A DNA stretch of 63,947 bases, the filler included, from Choristocarpus tenellus KU-1152 (taxonomy: Eukaryota > Protista > Phaeophyceae): assembly GCA_964200185.2 (NCBI GenBank). It is 11 parts of 11 records of this genome, joined end to end, with 100 filler letters (N's around TTAATTAATTAA, not from the genome) between each part and the next. Parts side by side here need not be neighbours in the genome. Positions count along the whole stretch, not along the records: positions 12,609 to 33,867 come from CAXNAD020000354.1; positions 33,968 to 37,214 come from CAXNAD020021287.1; positions 37,315 to 42,168 come from CAXNAD020012781.1; 8 more parts are not named here. One strand, given 5' to 3'. Under the pieces are notes generated by a model that was given only the letters and a program-made list of their open reading frames with translations, did no database searches and was not told the origin of the DNA. A program made the position numbers and the translations under genes. Of the stretch, positions 26,301-40,377 are shown piece by piece (the stretch's first letter is position 1; each line of letters opens with the position of its first letter).

Positions 26301-29003
26301 TTAGTAACCCTGCCCTTGAAGGAGGGGTACAGCACCCTCGATCCAGTGCTCAGAAGCACATGCAGCAACGGAGATCATGGCAAGACGACCATTCTTGAGC
26401 TCATTAACCTTGAGTTCCGCAAGCTTCTTGTCATCACTGCAATTTTCACATACATGATGGTTAGGATGGGAACAGAAGGAAGTGTGGTTGATCAGAGAAT
26501 AATGGTGACAAAGATTCTTATGAAAAACAAACCAAGACCTCTTGGACATGCCAAAAGATACACCTGAAGCAGAAAAAACGACCTGAAAGGCATAGAGTAA
26601 GACATCACCTATATTTCTTAAATTGACTCTTTAAATACTCTACAGCCGCAAAAAGCCCCACAAAAAGAAAAAATAATTTTTTCCAACAAAGTTAAATTTG
26701 TCTGTTTTTACTCACGGCTTCTTCAAGTACCAGCCCAAGTCCCCAGCCTCACGCTCTCCCCCACCAGTCCAGAACTCCCCTGGATAGTTCACCCCCTCCA
26801 TCAGTCCAATGAAGGCGATCACCTTGTGTTCCATGGGAAAGGAGAAATTCAGATTAAAACAAAGTGACAATCATTATTACTAAAATGCCGGGTCAGGTTC
26901 AAGGTTGTGTCGCATGGCATTCAAGCAACAAAAATGTACTACCAATTGTAGCTATCCCATTGATAGGGGGTACCACACAGACCCAACCCATGTTCACCTG
27001 TGCAAGCCCACTGGGGTTCTTCGAGGCAAACTCTCCAAAGGAGTCGTACCATGCAGTGGGCTGGTAGTCCAGGCCAGGGAAGATCAAACCTGCCTGTGCG
27101 ACTATACGTATGTCGGACCAACAGTGACAAAAACAGGATAGCATTAAGTACTTGCACAACCAAAGCAGGTAAAAGAAACCAACTCATCTTAGACATATCG
27201 AAGTTGGCCTGGAAAGTACTGCAATATTAGCGAGACAAAATGTATTACACACAGAATAGACATTCATTTAGGCAGGACAGGAGATCATCCATATCTTCTA
27301 TTTTCACCTCACAATGTTTGACGTTTTGTACAGAATACTTTTTGAAGGGGGCACTTTTTATTTATTTATCTGAGACGAGATAGGGTGATGATCCAAGTGA
27401 AACATCAAATCATGGCTACACACAATCAATGCACTGCAGACCCTCTTGCTCTTCTCACCAGCAATGCCGACGAATGCAAGCATACAGATGCGGCCGTGCT
27501 TGATCTCAGCTTCACGAAGCCACTGCAACACATCAGGAGAAAAGAAGCCAGGTCGTTATTGCAAATTACCTCAAAAGTAGGAGGAAGCAGCCATGTCTTT
27601 ATTACGCTCCCCACAGTTCGGTCACTATTGAGAGAAAAATATCAAGTTCACAAAAGCTACTTCTTCTCAATCATCGTGCCTTCCCTCTTAGCAGCATTTT
27701 TCTTTCTACGTAACTCTCACATTGGATCAAATAACCACCAGAAATTCTCGACAGAGTTGAGTTCATTGCCACCTGCCTAATAAGTAAGGCAGGTGTTCTA
27801 CAATCAGTACAAGCAGGTTCCAAAAAATTTAATGAATACAAACCTTAGGGTGAGGGCTGACGAGGTTGTTGAGCTTGTGCCACTCGGCCAGCCCAAGAGG
27901 ATCGAAAAGCTTGCCCCCAGTCTCGTATGAGTCGCCACCGGGCATGCTCTCGATCCCGGACATCGACACGCCCGCCTGTGTTGACACGGATATACGGAAG
28001 AAGGGCACCAAGAGGACTAAAGGATTGGCTACTGTTGGGGGCGTCTTGACGCGAGGAGAAGGTGAAAAATATATGATGCGAACCATCACTTAGCATCGCA
28101 CAAAGATCACCAAATTTGTGTTGCCTATGCCAAAAAATGAGCGCAGGTGCGATGTATGTGCACAATGATCCACCATAGCTTGAATTCCACGTATGGTTCG
28201 AACCATGTCACCCTCGAGCTCGACTTGACTGCCATGACAATGGGATCTTCAGAAATACCTTCTTTGAAAGAAGTGAAGATACATTCACCCTTAAGGTAAC
28301 ACGGGAAATCTTGACATCACTGTCAACTATCCAATTGATCTGAGATACAGCGAAGAATACGAAACTTCTGGAGAAAATAATCACCATGACTGCACCGAAG
28401 AGAGTAGCCTGATAGAGGAATTTCGCTGAGGCACTAGACTGGCATCATCCGAGAGTTACATGGAGCATGGGCGAATAAGCAGTCGGCGATTTTGGAGGTT
28501 GCCACTATCTTAACGCACCACATGTAGGGAACCAACCTACCTCCCCACACTGAACCATTCTATTCTCCCAATACCATCTCCACCATTGTCTGTAACGCAT
28601 CATTCGGGGGGGGTATCCACTGTGCGGATGTACCAACGCAGCATGCATACTTCAGCTGATGTTTAGGAAAATGATACTGTGCATGAATTGCGATTCGAGA
28701 CACTGATATGCACTCGTCGATCAGACAGGCGAGGATTCGACGCCACTTTATAATATTATCCCTTCTAAAAATCTGTCATCCACCACACAATATATATTGC
28801 GTCAGTGTCGAATAAATCTTTAACCCCAAAAGTTTTTAGGCCTCGACATTATCTTGAGGACAAATCTGAAATCGTTGGGAGCAATTGATCATGAGAAAGT
28901 AGCACACCTTCGCTACAGGAGCAGCAGACCGGAGAGCGACCGGCGCCATGAAGGCATTCGTCATCCCGAGGGAGGCAGCAGCGGTAGCGACGCAAAACTT
29001 CAT
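26301..29003 (-). CDS. Light-harvesting complex (fucoxanthin-chlorophyll a/c-binding type) protein with bipartite plastid targeting peptide
   Basis: Exons 28908-29003, 27844-27975, 27459-27522, 26998-27101, 26716-26822 and 26301-26436 (639 nt). Motifs FDPLGL, WLREAEIKHGRICMLA and ELKNGRLAMI. N-terminus MKFCVATAAASLGMTNA-FMAP is ASAFAP-like. Confidence 0.96.
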
Positions 29004-29383
29004 CGTAGTAACAGGTGCTCGAGTCTTATTTATCTGAGCTAACTTGTGTTGATGTCGATCGTATTTTCAACAAGTCCATCCACCGATCAACCTTCATCAT
29101 GTGTCATTATGTTGTTTTTTTTATACCAACTTACTTGGTTTTATACAACGGACGGGTGGACGGAGTTTGTGGAAGTTATGGAGGATCTCTCCTTCAATGT
29201 GTGGAGGCGTGTTGGATATTACGAGTTTCTGTGGTTTTTTGAACATAGAGCCAGTGCAGCCTCCTGAACAACCTTTTTCTCACCAAAACTTGTGAAGTCT
29301 TAGGAAAATGAAAGAGTGTGGAGAGTGGAAGAGGTAGGATAGATGGGATTAGGGGACCGATCTAGCTTATAGAAGCAAGTAAC

Positions 29384-32300
29384 ATGAGTTGCTGGGCCGA
29401 AGGTGTGAACAAGGTCGATGTTCTTGAAAAGTTCCTTCAGGTTTGTACGCGGTGAGGATTGTGTTTCCCCAACAGAGAATGATGTAGTCGAGATATCCTG
29501 TTGCTGGCACCAGGTTCGACATCGTGGAATCTTCTAGAAAAATGAACTGACTGTGTCCACAAATTGCACTAGGCTATTGCGGCAAGAGCTGGCGATAATA
29601 AGGCGCTCGAGGTCGATGTTGAAGAATCTGGTTGTGGAGGTAGTGACATTCGCGTGGCTAGTAGTGGAGGCTCCCCGTCTGTACCTTCCATGGGTGTGGC
29701 AGGTACTGGCATAATAATCAAGGCCTAACTGGTTATGCCAGTGATCCTGAGCAGCTTGACTTGATTTGGATTTTTCAGTTTTTTTCCCCCACTTTCGATA
29801 CTCTAGTCGTGATAACATTTAATGATAATGCTCCGATTGACTATACTGAATCTGCTATATCCCCCGTGTAAGCCATATTTACATCCTCCCCCTTCCCCTT
29901 CCCCCGCCCAAATCACTCTTATCACCCATGTTTTTTGTCTACAGCGGCTAGTCATGAGGAGGTTCTGCGACTTGTAGACTTTCTCTTCTCGTCTGAGGGG
30001 GCTCTTGTTGAGCACTGTGTGGAGGTAAGCTTGGATACTACATATGAACCATGTATCCCACTGAAGTCTGCAAAGTCTATTCGGACTTGTAAAGCAATCA
30101 GGTAGTGCTCTTGCCCCCCGAGAATGATAAATATTTATTAATAAATTATGCTGTGAAAACCAGACCAGAATCGGGTAGACCACATAGATTTGTGTTGTTC
30201 ATCTCCGTAAAGTCACAATATCAGAACCAACTCGAAATCAGATATTAAAGCAAGATCGGTCATGTATTTGTTAACTGTTAAGGCAGTCCACAGTTTGTGA
30301 GAAGTCCAAAGAGTCTTTTACACTCTGCTTCTCCGATCTTTATTGCTTCACATGCCTAGATGCCATCCCCTGTACCGTCATGAATGCATTTTGTGTTAGG
30401 CGAGTCTTCACCCCCGTTCCCTGCAACCTCCCATGTCCCTGGTCCACTCCCCACCACATGTGTTGCCACCTCATCAAGAAGTAGCTCAAATTGACGTTTT
30501 GAACATGTGTAACCTCAAGTCTTGCAGGTATGTACACAATTGCTATCATAACCAACTATGAACTGTACTCCGCCATTAATTTGCAGTTGCTGTGAACACC
30601 AGTTGCTGTGAACACCTGTGGTTATAGTATCTACAACATAATCCTCCATCTCTACTTTTTGATACCCTCGTGGTATTAGGTCCTGGACAAGGCCCGAGTG
30701 GTGGAAGTAAAGGCGAGGGCAAGTGGTCGAACTGTGTGGCTAGTGCAGGGCAGCGGAGGTGCTCCGTACTTGTGCTTGCGACAATACTGCTCCTGCAGGT
30801 GCAATACTTTTGAAAAGGATAATGCATATGGTGTATGTGTGTTCTTCAGGTGTTCTTTGCAATGGAGAATCCATTTATTATGCAAGAATGTGATGTGGAG
30901 CGGCAAGCTATCTATGCTCAATAACAACTGAAGGTATCAGCATTATTTGCGACAAAAGTTTGTCTGCTTGCCCAGAGGTCAGAGAGTAGCACCCTTAGGG
31001 TTAGGGTTTAGGGTTAGATGATTGCTACCACGAATGGCAATCATTTTTCCCATTTATGCATATTTACGTGCATCATAGACCCTACTACAGGACAAAAAGG
31101 AAAGGGGGAGACCACCAGGAAAAGAGATGAGTACAGATATTTGAAAAATTGTGCACTCTACACAGCTTGGCAGTCGTTGAAGGTGCTTATTATTCAAGAG
31201 TGCTTGTGTAGGAGGGATAGGAATGGATGGTGCACTTGCAGAACCACAAATTTTTGATTGATGTGACTTGACCAATTTCTTGGATATCCAGGTACTACTA
31301 TAATTTGGCATGAAATTTAATCTTTGGTGGCAATCGAGCTCTGTAACTCCACTGCAAGAACTTTTTAATGTTTTTTCTTGTGCCTCCCAATTGAATGGAA
31401 GTTTTGTCCTGAACAACCCTTAGATATTGAAACCTCATGTAAGTAATGCAGATTGTGTTTTTGATTTTGTTTCATTGGATCATGTCTCTCTGAAAGATAT
31501 CATGAAGAGAGTTCACTTTGTTGGAGGGTTTTATATATGCACAGACTTAGCTAAGCAGGAGCTACTTATATGTTGCTTGTCACCCTACACCTATTCTGCA
31601 GATTTGTTGCTGCTTGAAGCTGCCACCTCTCAGTCATGCCAAGAAGAATGGATATTAGTCAACAGTTTGACTAATATTTCACAATGAGTTACATTGCGAA
31701 AACACAGAGATGTGAAAAATGCAACAAGTTACAGAAGCATGCTAATGTTATCAGTACAACTCCTCTAGTCCCCTTCTGTCTTTATCAACATCGTAAGAAA
31801 CCTTTGCAAACAATTTCCCTTGATCAGAAAAACGCTTCTTTTATTCCCCCCTCTCCGGATCCACAGGAGCTTTCAGGAGCTCATCAAAAAGAATCCCCAG
31901 CCAGTGCTGGTGAGGGAACCCACAACAGCAGAAGGGTTAGGGAAGTATGTTCTTTTTGACGATAGTACTGTTAACAACTTGACTCTTTTTTTGTCCAATA
32001 CTTTTGTTCAACCTTTATCAAAATGCAGCATGTGTACTGATGTACTGATGCGCTGGGTCCGAGTGCTCATTCAGGACACACAAGAAGCATCCGCCCTGAA
32101 GCATCATATTCAATGCTACACCTCTAGCGCTTTCTTCTCTTTGGCAACCCTCCCCCTAACCTATTTCTTCTACCAGGCGTGTATTCCCACCTTTCGACCT
32201 GCTGAGGTTTCGACCCACAAAGTAAACTAATACTCTCAAAAAAAAATTGTACGGGTTCTGTCTTTTGACCATATCAGTGCAAGCACCTATTGGCGATCAA

Positions 32301-32388
32301 GCTGGCACCTGCCCTGGATAAGTTGTGTTTTGAGGAGGTAGATGACTCCCTCCTGGTGCAACGCATGTCCTCTTGCGACTATGGATGA
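29384..32388 (+). CDS. ZSWIM7: SWIM zinc-finger protein ZSWIM7/SWS1 (Shu complex, homologous recombination)
   Basis: Spliced core ...LRLVDFLF...EVLDKARVVEVKARASGRTVWLVQGSGGAPYLCLRQYCSCRSFQ...PVLCKHLLAIKLA..., with a CxC...CxH SWIM motif. Exons near 29384-29440, 29573-29703, 29945-30024, 30680-30798, 31868-31909 and 32278-32388; the first two exons are less certain. Confidence 0.85.
30995..31017 (+). repeat. Interstitial TTAGGG tract in a ZSWIM7 intron
   Basis: TTAGGGTTAGGGTTTAGGGTTAG; similar tracts at ~9258, ~34139, ~44226, ~45356 and 52169. Confidence 0.8.
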
Positions 32389-33967
32389 TTCGAATGTTTC
32401 TGTGTATAGATAAGTGTACTTACGTTTGGAGTGGCAATTATGTTCACCACACACCAGACAATTGGGATAGCATGGGATGGGTGTTTCTTGAAGATGGTCG
32501 ATCAAGCTCCTTCTCAAGGTACAGTGACAATGCGTGTTGAATTATGGGTAGGATGGGCTAGAAGGACTTAATATGTTTGTGCAGTCAGGCACTGACTATC
32601 ATCATGGTGGAAAGTGAAAGCAAAAGACACAGAGCGGTTGACTTAACCCAGCCAGCAAGGTATGTTCAACATCTGGGGAGGTATCCCACAACCACAGGCA
32701 GTGAAAGAAGATGGTAATGTGAATATGTGAGCAGTGGACAGTCATCCTTCTTCAGGAGATATTACAAACCCTCAAGAAAAGACAAAATCGCATCAATAGT
32801 ATTCTTTGCTGCATCATCATCACCATGGTCTGATTACTTTTCTGTCTGCCTTGACAAAGAGGAGACTTCAATGGAGTGCAATCCTATCAGGACATTCCCA
32901 TGACATTGTTTTAGATAACATGAAAGTGGAGATTGAGGGAAAAGCAGAGAGGCTGGTTTTTGTTGTTAATTGGGTGGAATGTTTGGGGGTTTGACTGTTA
33001 ACAATTTTTTAATGTAGTATTGTGGGAGAGACTTCAGAACAGTAGCCCTTTTCTACAAGGCACAAAAAATAGTTCAGGCAGGAACTTGTTTTGTGGTACT
33101 ACTGTACAAGAAGCTGTGGAGAATGTAAGAACTTGATCACCGGGTGAAGAGAATTTGAGAGGAGCCAAGTCGTAACCATGACAGGAACAAATGGGTGGAC
33201 AAAGGCCTCAATCAAACAGGAGCTCTAATATCAGCGAAATAATGTTCCCCATAGATGCTGCCCCATTACCACCACTTCTCAACCTTCCTTGTGAATTCAA
33301 GATCATCCAAGGTCAACACATAGATGCGTATGATACACATGGTTGACATGGAGACACACCATGAGAAGAGAAGAATAAATTTAGATGCCATCACAACACT
33401 TGTTGAGAAATCCTTTAGTTGGAGAAATGGATGGGAGATCACTTACATCCTCTCACCCCTCTACAAGGTGCTGGGAACAATTTTGTGGCAGTTGCTCAGA
33501 AAAATATAGACATCGGTTGAAAACAGTCACTTTTGTTGATCCACCCAAGTTGATATATTCTGCTTCTGGGGGTCCCGCTTGTCCTGCATCCTGTCCTCCT
33601 CCATCGACTGTGACATACATGCCTTTGAACATCTTTCTAGTCAGACTCCATGCAAAATATTTGTACTGACGATGGATTTTCATGTATGGTGTGGAGAGAT
33701 TGAAACACAAAAAGGGGTAGTAAGCTTGTTGAAAGCAGATGTGATGTAGAGACCGGACTCTGCTTTATGTAAAGCAGATGTGATGTAGAGACCAGACTCT
33801 GCTTTCAACAGTGTTTTTTGGGGGGTTTTTTTGGGGGGGGGGATTTTTGATGTGCACTCTTGTACCTNNNNNNNNNNNNNNNNNNNNNNNNNNNNNNNNN
33901 NNNNNNNNNNNTTAATTAATTAANNNNNNNNNNNNNNNNNNNNNNNNNNNNNNNNNNNNNNNNNNNN

Positions 33968-34017
33968 CCCATCCTCAATGAAAAGCTCCATCCTCAATTT
34001 TTGAAATCGGCTGTTAT
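33968..34017. mobile_element. End of a third repeat family at contig start; inverted copy at 37122-37170
   Basis: GCTCCATCCTCAATTTTTGAAATCGGCTGTTA versus TAACAGTGGATTTTAAAAATTGAGGATGGAGC. Confidence 0.6.
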
Positions 34018-34807
34018 CTGGTGCAAAGCTGCAAGAAATGCCTTCCCCAAACAGTGGAAAAAAACTCCAACTGTTTGAATTGATGGTGAACAGAGGAAAC
34101 TATCATTTACAAACTACTTCAGTATATAATATTACCTTTTAGGGTTAGTACTAACTAGTACTTGGAAGAAAAAAAAATGATCCGGAGTATTTTTATAGTT
34201 CTACACATATATAATTGATATTATTTTTTTAATTATTTATATTTCTTCAAATGGTATAGTTGGGGTACCATTTGAAGGCGTAATTTTATTGCCTAATACT
34301 GGGAGAAGATCACGTTAGTGCATGTGACAGCCAATTTGATCCTTGACTACCCACTAGCAACATTTTGCCTTGTCTCCTGTTCTTGACCACTATTTCGATA
34401 TGTCTGAGAGACAGGTATAGGAATATTTCTATAATAATATTCGTGACCAACACACCCTGAAAACGCACCACGAAACCAATACCACCTCCTGACTCTGCAC
34501 CATAAAGGCTTCCAAATTGCAGGTTTATCGTTTGGTTCATCACCATAGTGTCTAGTGTTGGTCCGGATCTTAGGCTCGCAGTGGCGTGGATCGCTGCACA
34601 CAATGTAGAAGGGAATATATGTGTAAGTTTTCCACAAAACAGGGGAAGATGCTCCCACACGGTCCAGGTCTAGCGAGACACCCTGATCTGCCTGCCGAGC
34701 GGTTGAGAAATCTCAACCAACAACCCGTCACCTAACACCTTTGCATTTCGAGTCTTGCCTTAAGTTGACTTTCTTTTAAATGCCTGTTACACCTCAAAAG
34801 AATGGTA

Positions 34808-36042
34808 CTACCTCTGCCCCATAAGTCCGTGCCGATAAGTTGTAGCTCTTCCAGATGACCACCAATTACAAAATGGATTTTTGCGGTGGATTCCTTGGAA
34901 TATTCTACATTAACTTAAAAAATAGACGAATTCAAAAAATAATCGCATTCTGAAATGGCTCCGAAATAATGGAACACAGAATGGGGAATATTCAGCTCTG
35001 GCCCTAGTGCAGCGTGGAGGCACCCACCACTCTCACGACCCTGCTGGGACATACTCAAGCGCATACCTCTTCAATAGCCCTTTGCATTGACAGCAAGGGA
35101 ACACAGAGCCTGTCTACTCGCATACAGCACGTGTACAACCCCCATGGTGAGCCCCCAGAACTCAACGTCCCCAACATGAAGCCCACTAACTCGTGGAAAG
35201 AATTGCAAGCTGACCGAGATAGGTCAGACCACACGTTCTTTGCTTTATGCATTGGCTCTTCCTCCGAGTTTTGAGAGGCTCCCAAGGGGTATGGGGCCTA
35301 GATTGGTGGAAGAGTTTAGTGTGGGAGAGAGATACCCTAGACCTTTGTGGGTGCATGTGAAAGGACAGGTAGACAGTTGTAATACCGTCTCTCTGACATC
35401 ACAAGCATGATCTGGACAGCCATCAGACTTTGCGCCAACGAAACAAGCTAAGATCTGGGAGATCAAAACCGGTAATTGAACGCTGACTCTTAACCAACTT
35501 TCCACCAAGGTCACTGAAGCGGGCCTCACAGTCGGCAGCTCAAAGTTTCATCGCTGGCTCCATGCCATGGGAGTAACAAGGGTTCAGCAGCACATTACCC
35601 CCAGCCTTGCCTTTTCTCGCAAGAAGGATTGGATGGACTTCATCCTCAAGCAGATCTCCCACAAGCACAAAACGTACTCAACACGATTCATATCGCCGAG
35701 GCTTGGTTCTATCTCATCCGTGACGGAGAGAAGGTGTGTTGCATTGCTGTCGATGCGGAGGGTGTTGGAGAGATGTGCACTCAAGTGTTTACCGGCAGGG
35801 TTGTGAGAGTGGTGGGCGGCTCCATGCTGCACCAGGACCATTAGAATATGAGCCGAACAATCACCATTCTATGTCCCATTCTCTCGGAACCATTTCAGGA
35901 AGGAATTCTCTGTAGAAATCTTTGGGGGGGGATTGAATCAATGTAGATTATTCCAAGGAATCCAACACAAAATCAATTTTGTAATCGGAAGTCATCGCTA
36001 AGAGCTACAGCGTAACGGCACAGACTTATGGGACAGATGGAG
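34808..36042 (+). mobile_element. Deleted Tc1/mariner element (plant/stramenopile DD39D-like) with Stowaway-type TIRs and TA TSD
   Basis: TA|CTACCTCTGCCCCATAAG ... CTTATGGGACAGATGGAG|TA, with ~105-bp imperfect inverted repeats. The interior is a frameshifted transposase: SSKFHRWLHAMGVTRVQQHITPSL..KKDWMDFIL / NTIHIAEAWFYL (compare xHIDEKWFY). Confidence 0.88.
35520..35844 (+). pseudogene. Mariner transposase remnant
   Basis: Frameshift, first catalytic Asp replaced by Ala, and most of the DDD domain missing. Confidence 0.8.
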
Positions 36043-37830
36043 TATATTGTGAACATGTGTGGTCCGCATGTTTACGATATCTCTCACTTCCTTAGATATG
36101 ATATTGTGTCCCTGCAATATTACTTAAAGAAGTATGTGTATACAGTTAAAATATTGTTGGTGCAGAGAACAGGAACAGCATACCACACAACACCTACCCA
36201 TCAGTGAAAGAACTGTCTGGTATTTGTCTGCATTGTAGGTCTCGAAGCATAAGCACTCAAGAAGTCCATTTTCGCCTTTTGCAGCAATTTGTAGACACGA
36301 ACTAATCCACTCTCTTTGTTGCTTGCCTCCACATTCAAGAAAATGTGGCAGAACTTTGACGAAGGGAGGCAAAGGAATGCCTGCCCCTCTTCACCACCAC
36401 TACCCTTTGTGGTAGTCTTGTCTTCTGATTCACCGCCTTCCCAATCAGCCTTACTAGCAGTACTTCTAGAACAGGCTACGTCCAGTACCTCATCCGTTAA
36501 GTCCTGTACCAAGCCCACAATGACATCCCCCTGCTCTTCAAGTTGTAGCCATTCTTGACCCATAATGATAGTGTAGTTGGTTGGAAGCTCATCAACCTTT
36601 TTCTGAACGTTGTCCAATGCACCTACCACGCCAGGCTCACAGTTTCTCTCACCATTGTCTCTTAGTTAGACGCCCATACTCAGTTCCTGCAGGGGTTGGT
36701 GAGTTTATGGACATTATAGTCCTGTGCATGATGAAGTACCAAATGAAGCTGTCGCAATGCCCGTAAGGTCTTTCTTACTTGCTCCAATTCGTGCAATGGT
36801 ATTCAGACCAACACCGTAAGACAGTGGCCTTCTGCTGCACAAAGCATAGTCAAAGTGTGCAGGATGTTCACAGAAAGGACGCTGCTTGGGCGCCTTTATG
36901 TCTACAAACCGAGTTCTCACCTCCCTTCATATAGCATATCTGTGCAAGTTTAGGCATGCCTGCTCAATATTTACCTAAAACATGCCTCATGGCACAAAAT
37001 TGAGAATGGCATTTTCACCAAGGCAAAATTGCATACATTTTTTCCTGAAATGACCTGTTTGGGCGTACCTTAAAATGTAACTATCATCACATCCCCCCCT
37101 CTTCCCTTCTTATCCTCCTATTAACAGTGGATTTTAAAAATTGAGGATGGAGCGGGGCTATGAGGATGGTTGTTCTGCGAAAACGGTCTTGAAAAAGTAC
37201 CGAAAGTTTTTTTTNNNNNNNNNNNNNNNNNNNNNNNNNNNNNNNNNNNNNNNNNNNNTTAATTAATTAANNNNNNNNNNNNNNNNNNNNNNNNNNNNNN
37301 NNNNNNNNNNNNNNCTCTGGAGTGATGTCAACTCTTACAGCACCCAAGATCAGGATAAAACATTGCAGTAATTGAGGAAGGGGGTGAGCTGGGTGAGTAA
37401 GAAGGTTTGGTAGTGGAAGGGTAACTATCTGAATGTACGTGTGGGATCATGAGCATGTTTGTTAGCAGATACTATCTCCAACCTTGAGTGTCACTTGTAG
37501 AATTGGAGATGATACTATCTCTACAAAAACTTTCACGCCTTCTGGTTGCCATAGAATCTCTTGGGGCAGCACCCAACGAATTTGACCGTGGGATCAACTT
37601 TGAACCTTGTCTCCTATTAGAAAGTTCTTCTTTCGATCAATGCATTGCCTGCAATAAAGAGGACAGAAGATTCAACTAACACAAGACACACACACACACA
37701 CACACACACACATCACAGTCACCATTCCAAATCAAATGTTCATTTCAAGCTAGTCAGGCAGCAGAGGAGGAGAGGAAAACACTCGCAACCATACGGTATA
37801 CCTCCCCCCTGACAGGTTTGTCTCTCTCAC

Positions 37831-38860
37831 GTTTCAGCATCCACCACGTGCTGCAATCGGCCCATGATCTGCTCAGGCTTGAGCGGAGCAAAACGAAACT
37901 TGGTGCATCGGGACTGCAGCGCCGGTATGATCTTGTTGACATAGTTGCAAATCATGCAGAATCGTGTGTGCTTTGTATACTTCTCAATAACTGCAGGGAG
38001 TAATCGGGGTGTCAGCGAGGTTTTTGCATGATTTGTACAAAGAAGTGACATGTAGAGAACTAGATACAAACCACATTGGTAGTACTTGGGTACTCAAGAG
38101 AGGAAATAACAGGAGAAGGAAAATAAGAAAAATACTGCACTAGGAGGGATATTGATCTGTAGGTGCAGTGCAAGAACACTGTGTGTGTGTGTGTGTGTGT
38201 GTGTGATTACTTGTTTGCATACATGCTTTTGGACCTACACCAACAGGCCTGTACACCCTGGAAGTAGAACGCACATGTGTGTAACAGACAAGCACACCAT
38301 TCACAAGCTCTTCTCAGCTGAAGTAGTGGATTTTACAAAAGAAAACCTGGTGCATTTGGAGGGAGGGTCAAGGGCACCTTGGTCCCTCTTCCTCCCAACC
38401 CCAGTCCGTCCTCTACCTCATTCCTCGCCTCAATATGTTACTCTTTTGTGCAATGGGCTTGACTCACCCCGTCGAAGAGCAAACTGTGCATCACTTGTCA
38501 TGGCATCTGCCTCGTCTAGTATCACAAGCTTCACTCCAGAGCTGAAGAGCCGTTTTGTTCCAGCAAACTCCTTGATCTGTCCCCTCACTACATTGATTCC
38601 CCTGTCGTCTGATGCATTGAGCTTAGATGACAAGGAAAAGGGAATAAAAGAGGGACTGTTGTTTGTGCTTTGTTTCCTTTTATGGATGCACAAGATGGCA
38701 CAAGTCCGTTCTCCGTTACTATGCACACCTCTCACATAAATGGAGTGCATCAAAGCCTACACATCCAGGGAAGTACTTGAGCTAGAGACACCAAGCAATA
38801 ATGAAGAAGTATGCCATCAATATAACAGCTGCCTGACCAACCACCTTAACCAGTCTCTCC

Positions 38861-38914
<54 letters not shown>

Positions 38915-40377
38915 CTCCCTCACACACAAACACACACAAAATGATGTGGGTAAACAGACGAACTGGACATCTTAGAGGGGAGGGCCCACTATCATAGTAC
39001 TTAATGAGATAATGCAACTCACCTCCAGGGTCATAGCCTGAAACGTTGGCCCATAGAGTTTCCTTGCGCAAGCCAATATTGTTGAAGTCTTCCCAGTGCC
39101 AGGTGGGCCGTAGAACAAAAGGTGGGGCAGTTTGTTGCTCTCAATCAGCTTGTCCACTTCCATCAGCAAGAGCAAGTGGGAATGGGGGAGGGAGGAGGAC
39201 AAGGGTGTATTTTGGGTCAGGAACACTTAGTATCCAATAGGCACATTTGATGGAAACATGTGAGGTTGAGGGGAGTTGGGGCATGGGTACAGTGGGCTGA
39301 AGAGGCCCTGAGCAAAGACATCCTGTTCAAGCACAACATGTGTGATGCATGGATCAGAAGATTTGAGTTGGATCTTCATCTTTGCTAACCATATATTTTC
39401 ATCCCCTTCCCCTCAACCTGATATAAAGACAGAGTGGGAACAAAAGTAAGCAACTGTGGATACCATACAAAGGTGCATTTGTCCGTTCCACACCTATCCA
39501 AATGAATTAGTCATGACTGAAAACATCCATTAGAGTATCATTTTGCCAAATATCTGCAACCCCAAATTCTGTCGCCCAAACGTCAAGTGGATGGAGGTCG
39601 CAGTATGCCAGCGCTTTGACACAGTGTAGGTGTACATATCACTTCAGGTTTTATATACAAGTGAACTGTTTGGATTCTTCAGTAACAGGGATCGGGGGTT
39701 CCGGGTGGGAGAAGTGTTGTCTGTCCTCCTCACGTATACCAACGATGTCCTCATGAGCCACAAGGTCGTCGAGAGAGGCAGGACGGTACTTCTCCACCCA
39801 TGGGAGGGACTGCTTGGAGGTCAGCGATGCCATGCGCGTGAGATCGGAGGAGACACTGGCCTTGCCCTTGCCCTTACCCTTACCCTTGCCCTTCACCTGA
39901 CCCTAAACGAACAGAATGGGACAGCATGATCCCGGGTCGATCAAAAGGAGTAGGCAGAGGCTGGTTGAGTGTATGTGGAGTGGCACGAATGGGGAGGGAG
40001 GGGATTTGTGGGGTGGGGGAGTAGTGGGAGAGGATTTAGGGATTTAAGCCTTAAGCGCAAGACGTTGGGAGGTGAGAGGGAGGTGAGCGAGGAAGACGAA
40101 AATGAGGTAACAAGTGGAAAATTGATTGAAATCCTTCTCTATTGGTCTTACACTGTGGATGGGCTGGAAGGAAACTGCGCATTGCAGAGCCTAGGACTAG
40201 GCCATAGTAGTGCTTGAAGGGTGCAACATGCTTACGATATATCCCATTCGAAATTACTGAGGCAACACACCACCTATCACATGGCCAAACTGTATTATCA
40301 CCACCCATAACATTCCATCGCACTCCGCTTCATACCTGTCCTGGTTCGACGTCCATCTGGTCTTCGAACGATGACAT
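37831..40377 (-). CDS. RFC5: Replication factor C small subunit (RFC5 / yeast Rfc3 type), 5' part; truncated by contig end
   Basis: [23 protein letters not shown] (Walker A), [34 protein letters not shown] and IIPALQSRC across five exons. Confidence 0.95.

Noticed and set aside
36124-36920. Pogo/CENP-B-like C-terminal fragment
   Set aside because: Only compositional resemblance; no DDE motif identified.
33968-37214. Whole contig as one TIR element
   Set aside because: The inverted matches appear to terminate inward at TA and run off the contig ends, so they are better read as two separate copies causing the breaks.
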